A stretch of 64,000 nt of DNA from Octopus sinensis (GCF_006345805.1 NC_042998.1:118358001-118422000), one strand, 5' to 3'; counted from the stretch's first letter, positions 27,640 to 41,079 are shown. The notes: generated by a model from the sequence alone, not told the origin. A program made the numbers and translations.

Positions 27640-27790
27640 GTACCTGAATAGACACTGAGAATCTGTTCATATCGCTGACGGGAAACCGGCTGCCATTTCT
27701 GGCCTCGTTCATCTCTCATAGACAAGATCACTGAAAGCCGGAATCACTTCATGTGTCACTTCCGGCGCTGCAGCAATATAGGTACGGATA
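27640..27790. promoter_or_regulatory. CpG-enriched patch with ETS-type motif; possible promoter or first exon
   Basis: cacttccgg at 27757-27765 (CCGGAAGTG on minus) and ccggaat at 27738. Donor-like sites point outward on both strands (cag|gtaccg on minus at 27643; tag|gtacgg on plus at 27781). Confidence 0.3.
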
Positions 27791-28512
27791 CTTTTATGCA
27801 TCAGAAGTGTATATGGGAGGTTTTTTTTTCACAGTAAACAACGGCATATTGTGTTCTAACACTAACTCTCCTTTAAATTTTTCCATTTTACAACCACCCA
27901 CACCAATAACACACACACACACACACACATATGTATATATATATATATATACACGCATACCTACAAGTGTTTGTATACCTTCATAGCGTTTCTCAGTCAT
28001 TAACTGCCTTTCAGTTTAGCGTTCATTTTATTTTATTCTCGTCAACCCTCGTTCCAATAACACTCCTTAGTTTTCCGTCCAATCTTATTTCCCCTTCGTT
28101 CACTCTATTAATAATCCTAGATTAAGTATCTTTCAACACATTTGAGAGATCCATTCTCATCTACGGAGTGTTCTACTTTAAACTGCTTTTGCTTTCTCTC
28201 TTTTCATCCTTCAGAATAAAATATTCTCCTCTTTTATCTCTTTGATGTATTTCGTTTGTTTCAATCATTAGACGGCGGTATTGCTGGGGCACCTATTTGC
28301 AGAGCATCACTAGGTTTTCCACTCTTTTTTGATTGTTTGTTTTTAAGGTTTAGTGTTGGCTCTTTTCATGAACACTCAATATTCCACTCTTGCAGTTAAT
28401 TTATTCTCGTCACATGCCTTCGCAGAATTCTAGTTTTCAATATGTCTCTCAGTTATCTCTATAATGAGTGACATTATGACTTAGACACAGCTACAAGTAA
28501 AATATAATGTGA

Positions 28513-28745
28513 AGGAGCGTAGCCTAGTGCTTAGAGTGTTCGACTCTTGATCATCAGGTCATGAGTTTGATTCCCGGCATTGTGCCATTGTACAAGACAA
28601 TTCATATCACTCATAACATTCTGTGTCACGCTGGATCTCTCTGAGGACTATGTTAAGGGCACGCGTGTCTGTGGAATGCACTTGCACGTTAATTTCACGA
28701 GCAGGCTATTACATTGATCATATTAACTGGAATCATCGTCGTTGT
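28513..28745 (+). mobile_element. tRNA-derived SINE-like element
   Basis: Head ggagcgtagcctagtgcttag...gagtttgattccc has A- and B-box-like motifs. Confidence 0.6.
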
Positions 28746-31039
28746 TCAAATATATTATAGTAATTTATTTAACCTTTTAATTGTTTGATAGACTTGAATA
28801 CTTTATTTCCACGAATGACTTTATTTTGATATGTTCTCCATCTGTTTCTTTTGCATATTTATATAACATTTTTACTTGGATTTCATGTTGTCTACGCTTT
28901 CTTTCTCTATCCATTTTTCTATCCTGGAGCATTTTATTGTATTCTAACATTCTGTCAGTAAAAAGCCTGTGGGTTTTCCATGTCAGTATTATCTATTTAA
29001 TCAATAAATAAATTCGGGTATTGTTTCATGATTATTGGTGCTTCCTTGACATTTATATTATTGAAAATCTTATCCGTGTTTTGGATCAACAATTTAAGGC
29101 ATCCATCTGATATTAGTGATATAAATTACTTCAGGCTTAGGTCAATGACTTGCGTTTGTGTGTAACTATCTCTCTCTCCCTTCCCTTCCATTTCTCTCTC
29201 TCTCTCTTTGTACACGCACTAAGACAAACATATGTGTGTATGTATATATATATATGTATATACCTATATACATGTCTACGGAACAGGATAACGCTTGATT
29301 ACTTATTAATTGTGTCGATTTATTTGAAGGGGCCTTCTTGAAAATGTAGGCTGGGTAGTCTACAGTTATAAATTGTCCGTATTTATTTATTTAAATGTCT
29401 GCATAAAGTATGAAATTCACGACATCTAAAGCACAATTACTGATACATCTCACAGAAAAGCTAAGTATGAGAGTACATATGAAGAACAGAGTTCATAAAG
29501 GTTAATGAAATAGAAAACAAAAACAAAAAAGAAGTCAAATTGCATGATTTGAGGGAGAATTAACTGTTATTTCTAGCCGATCGAAACGTGCATAAGAGCC
29601 CTTTGAAGCTTGGAAGTGATAAATGATTTGGTTGCGGAGTCGATATGACTGAAACATTTCAATTCAATCATGATATACTAATGGCAAAATGCAAGATACG
29701 GGTGAATGTATTATATAAGATATGAAACAGAAACTGAAGTGTTTCAAAAATATACGTTTGCACTTATGCAAGAGTCTGTTCGTTTTTGCATAATATTTTA
29801 AAAGGAAAATTCAGTGGCTACATTCACAGAAGAGAAATGCTAAGATTGTTATCCTAAGGCGTCCACATGATTGCCTTCTTTTCGCGACAGAGTTCTTGAA
29901 TAATAACTTTATATATGCTTTCATGCTTCAGCTTTTTGTTTACCAATAATTCTCTAAAAGCAAATTCCCGAGCACTTTGACAGAATATAAAAGGTAAGAT
30001 TGCTATCCAGCAACTACTTACTGCCTTGTCTAGTTCACTGCCTTCGTTTCTCGACGCATAAGTTTTATCTATTTATTTATTTATTTATCATTTTGGTTCC
30101 ACAATAATCTCATACCGAATATATTTCGTGCTTCATCTCATTTTCGTGCTCGTGGGATATCATCTTTCTTTTCTTCAATTTTTGCATGATGCCATTTTAT
30201 CCGGGCACTTTGTCACTATAATCATTCAGGGAACTTATTCCCTATTTTATTGCAATATACGGCAGTTATATTTTATCATATAGTTACACAGAATTCGGAC
30301 GCCAAGAGATTTTCGACAACTCATTCCAAGAGATTGGCTATAATTTCGCGATATGCTGATGATAGAAAATTGGCTCACATGAAATTGATTTACATACATA
30401 CATACACATAGCTTCTTGCACATATACGCATACATGTGGCACAAACATACATATTATTCATTTTCTATGTTTTAGAAAGTGGTGTGATCTACTCGGAACT
30501 TCAACAGATGATATGGGAATGTGTAAGGAAAATGTAATCAAGCGGTAACCAAAACGCTAGCATGCTGCAGAGATATAGCCACACATGCATAGGAAATATT
30601 ATATCAGAAAATATATATAAAAAGAACAAAGAATCATTTATAAACTATTATGTAATTTGAATAAAAAAAGGCAGAATGCAAAACAAAGATTAAACATACC
30701 CAGTATGGTCCGCAGCAAATATACTTGGATTTACCGGAGTGAAGCAATGTGGTTTTATATTTTGAAAGAGAATGAAGAGTCTTCTACAGAGTCCCTACAC
30801 ATAATAGTCAAATATCGTTTAAGCTCTGCCATATGATCTTTAAAACTGAAAGACATATTTGATGTTGTAGATTGTACATTAAAGAAAGAAATGATTACGG
30901 CTGAAACATATTTGATCAGTCCTATCTTATCAGACGCTAAAGTCTACCATCATTGGTTCCTTAATCGAGATAACTCGAGAGTCTCCGAGAGGTTGCTTAT
31001 CCTGTTCTAGATACCAGACTAGTATGTTTCAAATTATAA

Positions 31040-32050
31040 CCTGCCGCCTTTGACCGCTCTTCGTATACAAAGCAATCACGGATCTCAACGATGTGGATTT
31101 TGCCACTGTCTTTGCAGACACTTATATACGGATGAGACAAGCGTGAATATTTCTGTGTTGGAGATTATGAGAAAGATATTAGCGGAGAAAGAATTTCGAA
31201 GCATTGTCACTCTGGGTAAGACGGTGCTAGAGATGATACGGGGATAGGTATTCGATACACCAAAGGTGATAAAATGAGGAGATGCGAGTAAAACAAGAAC
31301 ACCCTGTGAAGATGCAATGAGATCATCCAGCTTCGATATACAGAGGAGCTGAAAGCAATAGTAGCAAAGGCAGAAAAAAGAGACAGAGCTTCCACCGATA
31401 TTCTCCAGCCTCTGCCGGAAGATTGGAGGACATGAAATGGTTTGTTAAATCCAGCATCGTGACCATTTTACTGATCAGATATGTCGATATGCGCAGCAGC
31501 AACACCGGATACATCTGAGGGCAATGTTCTATTGCTTGGGCATTGTAGAGTATCAATGCTTGGGCATTGTAGAGTATCAGTGATTACTGAGGTATTTTCT
31601 AAATCTAAAGGGAAGAAGCACTTACTAGGATACACCAATAGCTATGTCAAGAATGCACTTTCACCATGATTGAGTCGATGAATCCGAAAATGATTGAACA
31701 ATACAACACTAAGCCTGAAAATAACTTGGAAGCCCATAATAAACAGAAGTAAGCCTGGTGCTGAAATAATCAAATGACTAGAAGGTACAGGATACGAAAT
31801 GATCCCAAACTTTGATTAGAATATTTAACAGGGTCACATATATTGTTGACAGAGATGCTGACGAAGCAAGAAACAACAAGCAAATGGCATACGAGATGGA
31901 AAAATTTCTTAATCTCCAAATTAGAAGATGTAGCATGAACGCATGTGATATCATCATTAGCCACAATATACGTAATCCTACATGCAGCGATTATTAGCAG
32001 CAAATAGGCTGTGTCAGCAGCAGAACATGTCTGATCCACAGAAAGCGGAA
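31040..32050 (+). mobile_element. Possible heavily decayed non-LTR retrotransposon
   Basis: Higher-complexity block with weak RT-like remnants and a 23-bp tandem duplication (31533-31555 / 31557-31579). No intact motif. Confidence 0.25.
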
Positions 32051-34107
32051 GATTAAAATTTCTATCAGCTATGAATCATGATGAGGCACAGTGATCGTGC
32101 GGTAGTAGATGACAGATGCGGCGCACGCATTCGCCACTTCCACTAGCCCCATCAGCTACCCTGATCATCAAATCATCCCAGTTTATGTTCACTTGGAGAT
32201 CTGGGCAAAGCAAAGCCCGAGGAATTTATCAGGTCCTACCACACACACACACATACAGCTACACACACACAGCTACATACACACACAGCTACATACACAC
32301 ACAGCTACATACACACACACACAAACATACACACTCGGATGGCATTGATCTACCTTTGAAATGCTAAGCGGCACGCTTTTAGATAATTTATGTGCCTGTA
32401 ACCACCACCTATTTCCTCATTACTGGGCTGCTCATCTTGATGACTTTGGTTGACGTCGGTCTTATGTGCAAACGCGGGTCTTCTGCAATATAGTTCTGTA
32501 ATTTTGCAGTAGCAGCTATGATATCGGTACTTGCAGAAGGAAAGAAAGGGAAACACCGATGATGGAACGAACGCAAGATGTTGAACGGACCCGCAGGGCC
32601 AAAAGGCAAAAGTTAAATGAGCACAGTATTGCAATCCAGCTTCTGTAGAAGAGGCCTAAATCAGCAGCGTTGAAGACAACTTTCGTTTAATCTCAACTGA
32701 AAACTTGCCACTATTACCAGGTTTCAGATATGGGATTCTTTGTTGAAGAGTGTGTGTGTGTGTGTGTGGTGTGTGAGGTGTGTGTGTGTGTGTGTTGTGA
32801 GGTGTGTGTGTGTGGGGGGAATGTGTGTGTGTGTGTGCAATGGATTAGTAGATTTGTTGCAGCAAATTATTTTGTACTTGGTGTTGATTTTGCTTTGCCT
32901 ATGCAGTCGGTATTGTAAGGATCGTTTAAAGATGGTGTAGCTTAAAATATATCTATAGATTACCGCTATGCTGCTCGAAAACTATAAATCAGTGAGGTCC
33001 GCCAAAATACTCTTGCCTGCTGTATTTCCAAAATTCTGATATCATATACGAAAATATTATGTGTTAAGCAGATTGATGATGTATTTCTCAGAAATGTGTT
33101 CGGCGTAGATTTGTTAGTGACTCTTTCAAATCTTTGGTTAACAATTTCCGACATGTTGAGCTCTCACTTAACCCACTGATCCTTGTGTATACAACATTGA
33201 AATCCATGATGATCGGTTTTTTTTTTATATGTTTGGCTCTACATGTAGCGGATGCTACTACTAGTTTGGTTTCATTGATTTACTTTCATGTTTTCATCGT
33301 ATTTTTCTTGGAATGCAATTTTAACTTCTCCTATAGGACAGCAACTTGGCTTTCGCTGAAGCAATTGTTAAGCAATAGTATTGAGTGCAAACAACGGCAG
33401 TTGAAGTTGTGACTATGATAATGGCGATAACTGAGTTGCTGACGGTAACGTGTTTGCTGAAACCATTTAGTACGATTATTTCTGTTATTTTTCTGCATAG
33501 ACTTGGTTTTGTTATGTCATGATTGGCCATCAGAATTTTGTTCGTGTTGTTGTCCAGATATTTTTGCTTTTGCACTTCTTGATGCTGCTCTCTAGATTGT
33601 TGCTGTTGTTATTGGTGTTTCTGCTCAGCAGATTGTTATTGCAATTGCTTCCTTATCTTTTCTCGGCAATGCATGTGAAATCGGTAATGGTGGTGGTGGT
33701 GGAATTTGCTTTGGTGATTGAATAAAGATCAAAATATTCCTTGCTGAAAGAAGTCTTCTTCACTGCCGTCTTCGCCGATTCCCCCTCTCTCATATCCTTA
33801 CAACCAAACAACATCAGCCACACTGTTCTTTATTATCAATAACGTATTCTTTTTGTTTGTTTTATGGTTTGTTCTCGCGTTTTGTAGTGAAAACGTATCC
33901 TCGCCTGTTTCTCCCAGAGAAGGGATAAATTAGGAATGTATCCGACTTCTTGAGGTCGGGGTTGTTTCTCTAAGAAAAGAGCCAAAGAGCGGCAACTGCT
34001 TTCAAATTTACAGAATTGCAGAAATACGTGCCAGTCTAAATATAAAAGAATTTCTATAGTTTCTGGCTATATCGCAAGATAAAATATGTAGTCTGCAGCA
34101 TAGACGG

Positions 34108-34143
<36 letters not shown>

Positions 34144-34302
34144 AATTAAGGACTGAACACGAAAAGGTGGACAGTCAACATGCTAGATATAGACGTCAAA
34201 TCGCCATTCTCCACAAAGATTTTGTTCTCAAATAAAAATAAAATTCAGCACGACCTAAAGCAATGGATGAGACAAAAGAAAAATACTAAATGGAATAATT
34301 AC

Positions 34303-34362
34303 CTACGTACTGCAGTTTCAGCTATTAATATCACAAGGATATCTGTAACTTCATCAGCGTAG
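34303..34362 (-). ncRNA. Minimal type I hammerhead ribozyme, copy 1
   Basis: Stem I CUACG/CGUAG; CUGAUGA; stem II AGUUA/UAGCU extended by GAUAUC/GAUAUU; GAAA; stem III AC-UGCA-GU; cleavage triplet GUA (between 34308 and 34307). Confidence 0.88.
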
Positions 34363-34807
34363 TTTGTTATGAGCATAATATGCTGTACTAGATGAAAAAC
34401 GGTACCGGAGTCCCGCATGCAAAAAGTACAACCTATTACGTTCGGATGTATCTTTCGAATGCCTCTACTTTTGGCGCGCTGATAATCGAAAAACTAGCCT
34501 GCAGTTAATAAATTAGCAGCAGTCAATTTATCGGTTGAGAACATATATTTCATATTTAAAAATTAAGGGTAGAAATTGATATTAGTCAATTAAAACCAGT
34601 GGTCTAGCACATTAAAAAGAATCCGAAGATTAAAATATTTTATATACCAATTAAGGACTGAACACGAAAAGGTGGACAGTCAACATGCTAGATATAGACG
34701 TCAAATCGCCATTCTCCACAAAGATTTTGTTCTCAAATAAAAATAAAATTCAGCACGACCTAAAGCAATGGATGAGACAAAAGAAAAATACTAAATGGAA
34801 TAATTAC

Positions 34808-34867
34808 CTACGTACTGCAGTTTCAGCTATTAATATCACAAGGATATCTGTAACTTCATCAGCGTAG
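34808..34867 (-). ncRNA. Minimal type I hammerhead ribozyme, copy 2
   Basis: Identical to copy 1. Confidence 0.88.
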
Positions 34868-35313
34868 TTTGTTATGAGCATAATATGCTGTACTAGATGA
34901 AAAACGGTACCGGAGTCCCGCATGCAAAAAGTACAACCTATTACGTTCGGATGTATCTTTCGAATGCCTCTACTTTTGGCGCGCTGATAATCGAAAAACT
35001 AGCCTGCAGTTAATAAATTAGCAGCAGTCAATTTATCGGTTGAGAACATATATTTCATATTTAAAAATTAAGGGTAGAAATTGATATTAGTCAATTAAAA
35101 CCAGTGGTCTAGCACATTAAAAAGAATCCGAAGATTAAAATATTTATATATACCAATTAAGGACTGAACACGAAAAGGTGGACAGTCAACATGCTAGATA
35201 TAGACGTCAAATCGCCATTCTCCACAAAGATTTTGTTCTCAAATAAAAATAAAATTCAGCACGACCTAAAGCAATGGATGAGACAAAAGAAAAATACTAA
35301 ATGGAATAATTAC

Positions 35314-35372
35314 CTACGTACTGCAGTTTCAGCTATAATATCACAAGGATATCTGTAACTTCATCAGCGTAG
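35314..35372 (-). ncRNA. Minimal type I hammerhead ribozyme, copy 3
   Basis: As copy 1, with a 1-nt deletion in the stem II internal loop; core intact. Confidence 0.85.
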
Positions 35373-35615
35373 TTTGTTATGAGCATAATATGCTGTACTA
35401 GATGAAAAACGGTACCGGAGTCCCGCATGCAAAAAGTACAACCTATTACGTTCGGATGTATCTTTCGAATGCCTCTACTTTTGGCGCGCTGATAATCGAA
35501 AAACTAGCCTGCAGTTAATATATATATATACATATATATATATATGTATACATGTATATATATGTATGTAGATATATACATATATATATGTGTGTGTGTT
35601 TATATATGTATATAT

Positions 35616-35699
<84 letters not shown>

Positions 35700-37671
35700 C
35701 CGTCTATGCTGCATATTGTATTTTGCGATATAGCCAGAAACTATATATACATATATATGAAATAAGGCAGTTTTAATAAAACAACACGGTATTTAAAAAT
35801 CAGGAATTTGAAACCCGAAAGGAAATCCAGCATTTAGCTAATATAATCTACAATACTGACAGCATAATAAGAAGTGTACACCTTCATCAAGGTTTGATTT
35901 TCGGCATTTCTTCACTCTTCCTGAGACTGACTGAAAGAATAAAAGAATGCAATGCGGCTTAAACGTGGCATGAATGCCCCTAAAAGAAGTCTCTAGCTCA
36001 ATAATCAAAAAATGGAGCTACTCATTGATGAAAATCAAATGAAATATCTTCAACAGGAAAGCACATAGAGTGGGTGATAACCTCATAATCTGTTGTAACG
36101 AGATTTAAAAATGAAAGATGCTCGTTCTTCATTGGCTAGAATTATAAGGAGTTACTACATCAAAAATATTGGATTTTAGAGAGATGTTTTAACATTTGAT
36201 ATCTTAAATGTAATCATATCTAATTAGAAATTATATTTTTCATAAAACGTGCTCTATTAATAAAGGGTACTGAAAATGTGAAAGCGTTGTTCCCATATTT
36301 TCGATACAGAGAAGACACGATAAAAATATTACTAGAGATGGCAAATAATAGCCACCAATATGAATAGGTTGCTATCCAATTATCTTTTCGGTATCAAGCA
36401 TAAAATAGAGCCCATGCAACCTCAAAGAGAGATTGAAGTTATCTACCGTTACAATTTGATATATGTTACAGATTGCACGAGTGTCATTGACTACCCAGTA
36501 ACAGAAAATAGTTTAAGTGCTATATCAAAACTGAAAGTTAATTAAGTAAAATAAAATGATTGAATGTAAAAGGTATTTACCTGGAAATGTATATTATTAA
36601 AGGGATACGCTGATCGAAAGTGTGGGAATAATATTTATTGAATAACTTCAAACGTTTTAGAAGTGAGTCATAAATTGGTTCCATCATTTCAATTGTGGCT
36701 ACTATTACAAAATCAGCAGAATCGGATTCACTGTAAAATAATATTTCTCTACAGACACAAAACTCTTTACTCTGTTAAAGTCTATACTGCAGATTATTAT
36801 TCTATGTATTTCAAGTAATTATTTTATTGACTTCGGGGGAAAGCTCGACAAATTCATGCCAGAAACATGTAGTTATGAGAAAACTAATGCTGAGAGGAAG
36901 GAACCGGAACAGATGGTACTACCGACTGAATGCACAATTAATGTTCAACTGGTATTACCCCGAAAGACATGTTTACATAAAACTTCAACAGAATTCTTAG
37001 ATTGCTAAAGCTGAAAGATTTAATGAACTGTCAATTCTACGGTAATATTTACGATATTAAGTATTTACTTCAATTTGAAATATTTCCTGTTGATTATGGC
37101 AAACTAAGATCTTTTCCGTTGGTTATGAAGAAATTAACATGGGCAACATTAACAACTGTAGTGTCGGTCATAATAATGAACACATTTGTTGAGTATCTCT
37201 TTTCTACTGTTGCTGCCGGTAATGTACTATTTATGCTTAACATGCAAAACACAAGTATCATTTACAAATAAGCATTCGGCTGAAAATCTTATTCATGAAA
37301 TGCAGTCTATGGAACACAATATATACAGTATAAAACACAATATATACAGTTCAAAGTAGAAAAAATAGTAATATTGTATATTTCAGTTAGTTTCCGAAGA
37401 TAGCATTTCTGTGAAAGAGCAGGATTTTCTATTGTCAATTAAATTTTCCTTCATAAAGAGAAACTTACTTGATTTGTATCATATGCTGTACTTACTTCTA
37501 TATTACCGGTCTTGTACGGCTAAAATAATAAAAGTTTAATTATTCCCAAGCGAATCTATTCTCCCCGAAATCCCGCAACTTCACGTCTTTTCCTCCACTC
37601 TCATTCTCCAAAACCGTGGGAAAATCTTTAAACCAGAATACAAATTGTATTCTACCATGTAGTAATTGTAT

Positions 37672-38702
37672 ATGTACACTTGAGGCTAGCTCGAAACTAA
37701 GGTAAAAGTTGGCACAACCTTTTCATTGACTGGTATACGTCGTTCAAATTGCATGCAATACTGGAGTATCTTCTCTTGTATAATAATCGTTTTCCCATTA
37801 TTTTTCGTCGTAGGCAACTGGTCATGTACAACTAGTCAGAAGTAACTAGTCAGAAGCAACGAGCCGTCTTTGAGCTTTTCATAAAGGAATGGTGCAGCCT
37901 GTCAGACATACACAAAAGTCTGCAGGGGATATCTGGAGATGGAACCACTGAGAAGAGAAATCTATATAGATGAATGGAGAAGTTTATAGTGAAGGAAACA
38001 ATCATTAAAAGTAGTTAGCGCAGCTGGAGACCATCATCTGCAACAGTTGACAGCCAGTGGATGATTTGACGCATACAGACAGATCAATCACAATTTGTAA
38101 CGTGGCCGAACAAATGGACTGCTACTACGTAGCGTTACCGAAAATGGTAAAAGACACTTACCAGAAAGTGTATGCAAAATGGACACTTACGCAACTGACA
38201 TCATATTTCAATGAGAGAAGGTTGGAAGTCTACTCTACTCTGCTAGAAGCACTTCAACCCAATGCAAACACATTACTTTTCGAACTGATGACAGGGGACA
38301 TAACAATGCGAGGGCATTCGTATGTTTGGCAGCAAATCAAGCAATCGGCAAACTGAGTTTGTTACTTTTCCCCCATCCTGCGTACAGCCCAGAGTTGGTG
38401 CTCTGCGATTTCCACCTCGATTCAATGGAAGTTCGTTCACCTTTGACAACAATTTGAGGATGTAAAAGTGGTTGTGAAGAAATGAGTACAACATTGCACA
38501 ACTAAAGAGGGCACAACAAGGCACAAGATAATTCAAGAATTCGGCTCACCGATTGTGCAAACGTACCACTGTTCAATACTGTTGTGAAGTACATTTGTAT
38601 AGAGAAAGAGCTATTCTACCGACATATGCAATTTGAACGGTTTATGTCAGTTAAGAAATTGGTATGACAATCCTTGCATTATGTTTGGAACAACCTTTGT
38701 AT
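37672..38702 (+). mobile_element. Decayed, internally deleted mariner transposon
   Basis: HTH-like N-terminus, YQKVYAKWTLTQLT (WVPHEL region), LMTGD, HNNARA and HPAYSPELVLCDFHL (YSPDL motif). TIRs are degraded. Confidence 0.8.
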
Positions 38703-40392
38703 AATAAACCATATATTACCTTGAATATTATGATTTAAATTTATGACGTAAACTGCTACGTACTGTAGTGCATCAGAAGGAATAACATCTCATGGAAGTT
38801 GAAACTGAAAATATATGTATGCGTAAATCAGTAACTGTCACAAACTGTACGTAATCCCACAAAGTATATAAGAATGTTACATGCGAAAATACAAGCGCAG
38901 TTGCCGCTAGAGCATACGTGTCAATACCTCAGAAACTAAAGTACGAAATATTCGCAAAATAAAATAAAATATTAATAATTGCATGTGTATATTTACATAA
39001 ACAACGCAAAGTTACGAAAGTTAAATGCAGTTAAGCTACAAATAATAACTGCATGCAGATACTCATAAATATATATGTGCATGCGAATATCTCTCGAAGG
39101 TATGTATATTCTAGAGAGCTCGGTGCAAATTATTAACTCTTCTCTTAAACATTTACTCTTAGCTTCCATCCTGCAATTTCAACTTCATAATAGTTATCTA
39201 TTATGAGATTTTCGTTATTCATCGTTGCCTACACACAATTGTACTTGCATACGAAAATGATCTCGAATAAGCCATTACATACTGCACTGCACGTATGATA
39301 CTGAAGTCAAGAACATAATTACGAGAATATGAATCATTGAAAGAAAGTATCAGAAACTTTATATATTTTGTAAATTCAATAAACCTGGTGCGAGTAAACC
39401 ATTTAATGATCGATTTCATTATTGCTTATAAAACATATGCAAATTTATTCAGATAATAACCCTTTTTTTCCAATAAAATCAACACAGCGCGAGATTATAT
39501 ACTGTCGTTTTCAATGAAAATGGCCGATATATGCTTCGGAAGTGGCTCAAGCATCTCCATGCCTGTGTATGTGTGTGTGTGCGTTTGTGTGTGTGTGTAT
39601 GTGTGTGTGCGTGCGTGTGTGTGTGCGTGTGTGTGTGTGAATAATAACGAATAGTAATTTATTAGACATACATTATATGTAAAGCTATGTTGTATTTAAG
39701 AACATCTCTACTTATGTGTGAGAATCTTTCCTAAGTATATTAAATAACTTTCTCATTAACCGTATATAATATCTTTCCTTTCTATCTGATTATATAATTA
39801 ACTAACAATTGTGATAATTTTATATAACCATGGAACTCAAAATAATTTTAGAGCATGCTATTTCCTGTCGTAATCGATGTGAAAAAGAGAAACGTGGAAA
39901 AGCTGATATATTATTTTGAGAAAAATTCTTTGCTGTTAATAGAGGAAAATAAAACAGTAATAAATCACGTTTCTTTTAATTTTTACACTCTTCATTTTTG
40001 TTTTATATTCGTCTTCAATCTGTTTAATTTGCTGGCTGTCCATGGATTTAAAATCTTTATGCTAACACTGAGTGGTGTTATAAATTCACTGGTGTACGCT
40101 TAAAACTATAAAATTGATATGTATCACTATATGGGCGAATGTATGGTAGCGTGGTTAAGACATTTACTTCATTAGCAATTTGCTTCATGCTGCACTTCCA
40201 TAATTGACTTGACTTCTAACCGGTAACGCGTTGATGAAAAGTTTCAGAGTACAATTTCAAACAGGGGAAATGGGCATAACACTTTCTTATTCCCCTCACT
40301 TTTTCAACCTCTCTCTCTCTCTCTCTCTCGTCCCTCTCTCACTCTCGGCATTGCATACACGCGCACACAAACACACACACACACACACACAC

Positions 40393-40466
<74 letters not shown>

Positions 40467-40711
40467 TGTACGTATCTGTGTATGGATACATGCATGTCTG
40501 AGTCAGTGTGTGTATATTTTTTATCAGTAGACTCCGTATGGAGTTATATTTGCTATTACTCAATCGTAGTATAGAGATTTTGGCAAAACATCTACTTTAT
40601 TAGACGAGATTGCTAAACGAAATTTCGTGAGATCACAACTGATACAGAATCAGTTTGGTTACGTGAACGAAAGAAAGCAGATTTACTTGTGATAAGCTGG
40701 TACATTCTTGA

Positions 40712-40897
40712 CACTGTTTTTCTAAAGGTATTGCTGATTGCGTTTGCGGAAGTGTATATTGCACATGTATGATGAGCTCAGTGTTGCGGGACAAACAGAC
40801 CCCAAAAGTTCTGCATGAGTATGCATCTAAAAAGAGATAATTTTATATTTATAGTAACATTAATATGAAATATAACTAACTGACATGTGAATAAGCA
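40712..40897. repeat. Copy 1 of a local ~160-190-bp duplication (partner 42627-42783)
   Basis: High identity; the two indels within the exon-like part are 27 nt and 3 nt. Confidence 0.9.
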
Positions 40898-41012
40898 CAT
40901 GCAGCATCATCTTGCTGCCAAGCATGTCCAGATACGAATGATCTGTCACAGAGCCCCCAAAATTAAATGGACCAATTACTTGATCGTGCCAAATCCAACA
41001 TTACAGCCTTAC

Positions 41013-41079
41013 CTTGCTCGCGCCTTGTTGACTATCTGCCTCCATTCAATGAGGATTGGCTTGTGAGTAATATCGGCAT
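41013..41079 (-). CDS. Candidate 67-nt coding exon (ADITHKPILIEWRQIVNKARA)
   Basis: Very strong acceptor (cattctccttttttcatctttttcacag) and donor (aag|gtaagg). Only one frame is open (phase 1 to 2). Confidence 0.5.

Larger units (their letters stand above)
34141..35520 (-). repeat. Tandem array of a 505/506-bp unit (about 2.7 copies), one hammerhead per unit; candidate retrozyme or PLE terminal-repeat array
   Basis: Units start at 34141, 34646 and 35152. The only differences I saw are 1-nt indels. Confidence 0.95.
34055..35745. repeat. Inverted repeats (34055-34109 / 35698-35745) enclosing (TA)n tracts and the 505-bp array
   Basis: tatagtttctggctatatcgcaa...cagcatagacgggg versus the reverse complement of the right arm: 2 mismatches and a 7-nt indel. 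Confidence 0.9.

Noticed and set aside
31533-31579. 23-bp direct repeat pair as a CRISPR-like or regulatory unit
   Set aside because: Only two adjacent copies with no spacer; a simple slippage duplication in eukaryotic DNA.
34180-34867. Two identical 60-aa ORFs (MLDIDVKSPF...)
   Set aside because: They are by-products of the tandem unit, antisense to the ribozyme, with no motif; the third copy is frameshifted.
36311-37271. Several 55-90 aa open frames
   Set aside because: No family motif and no consistent splice phases.
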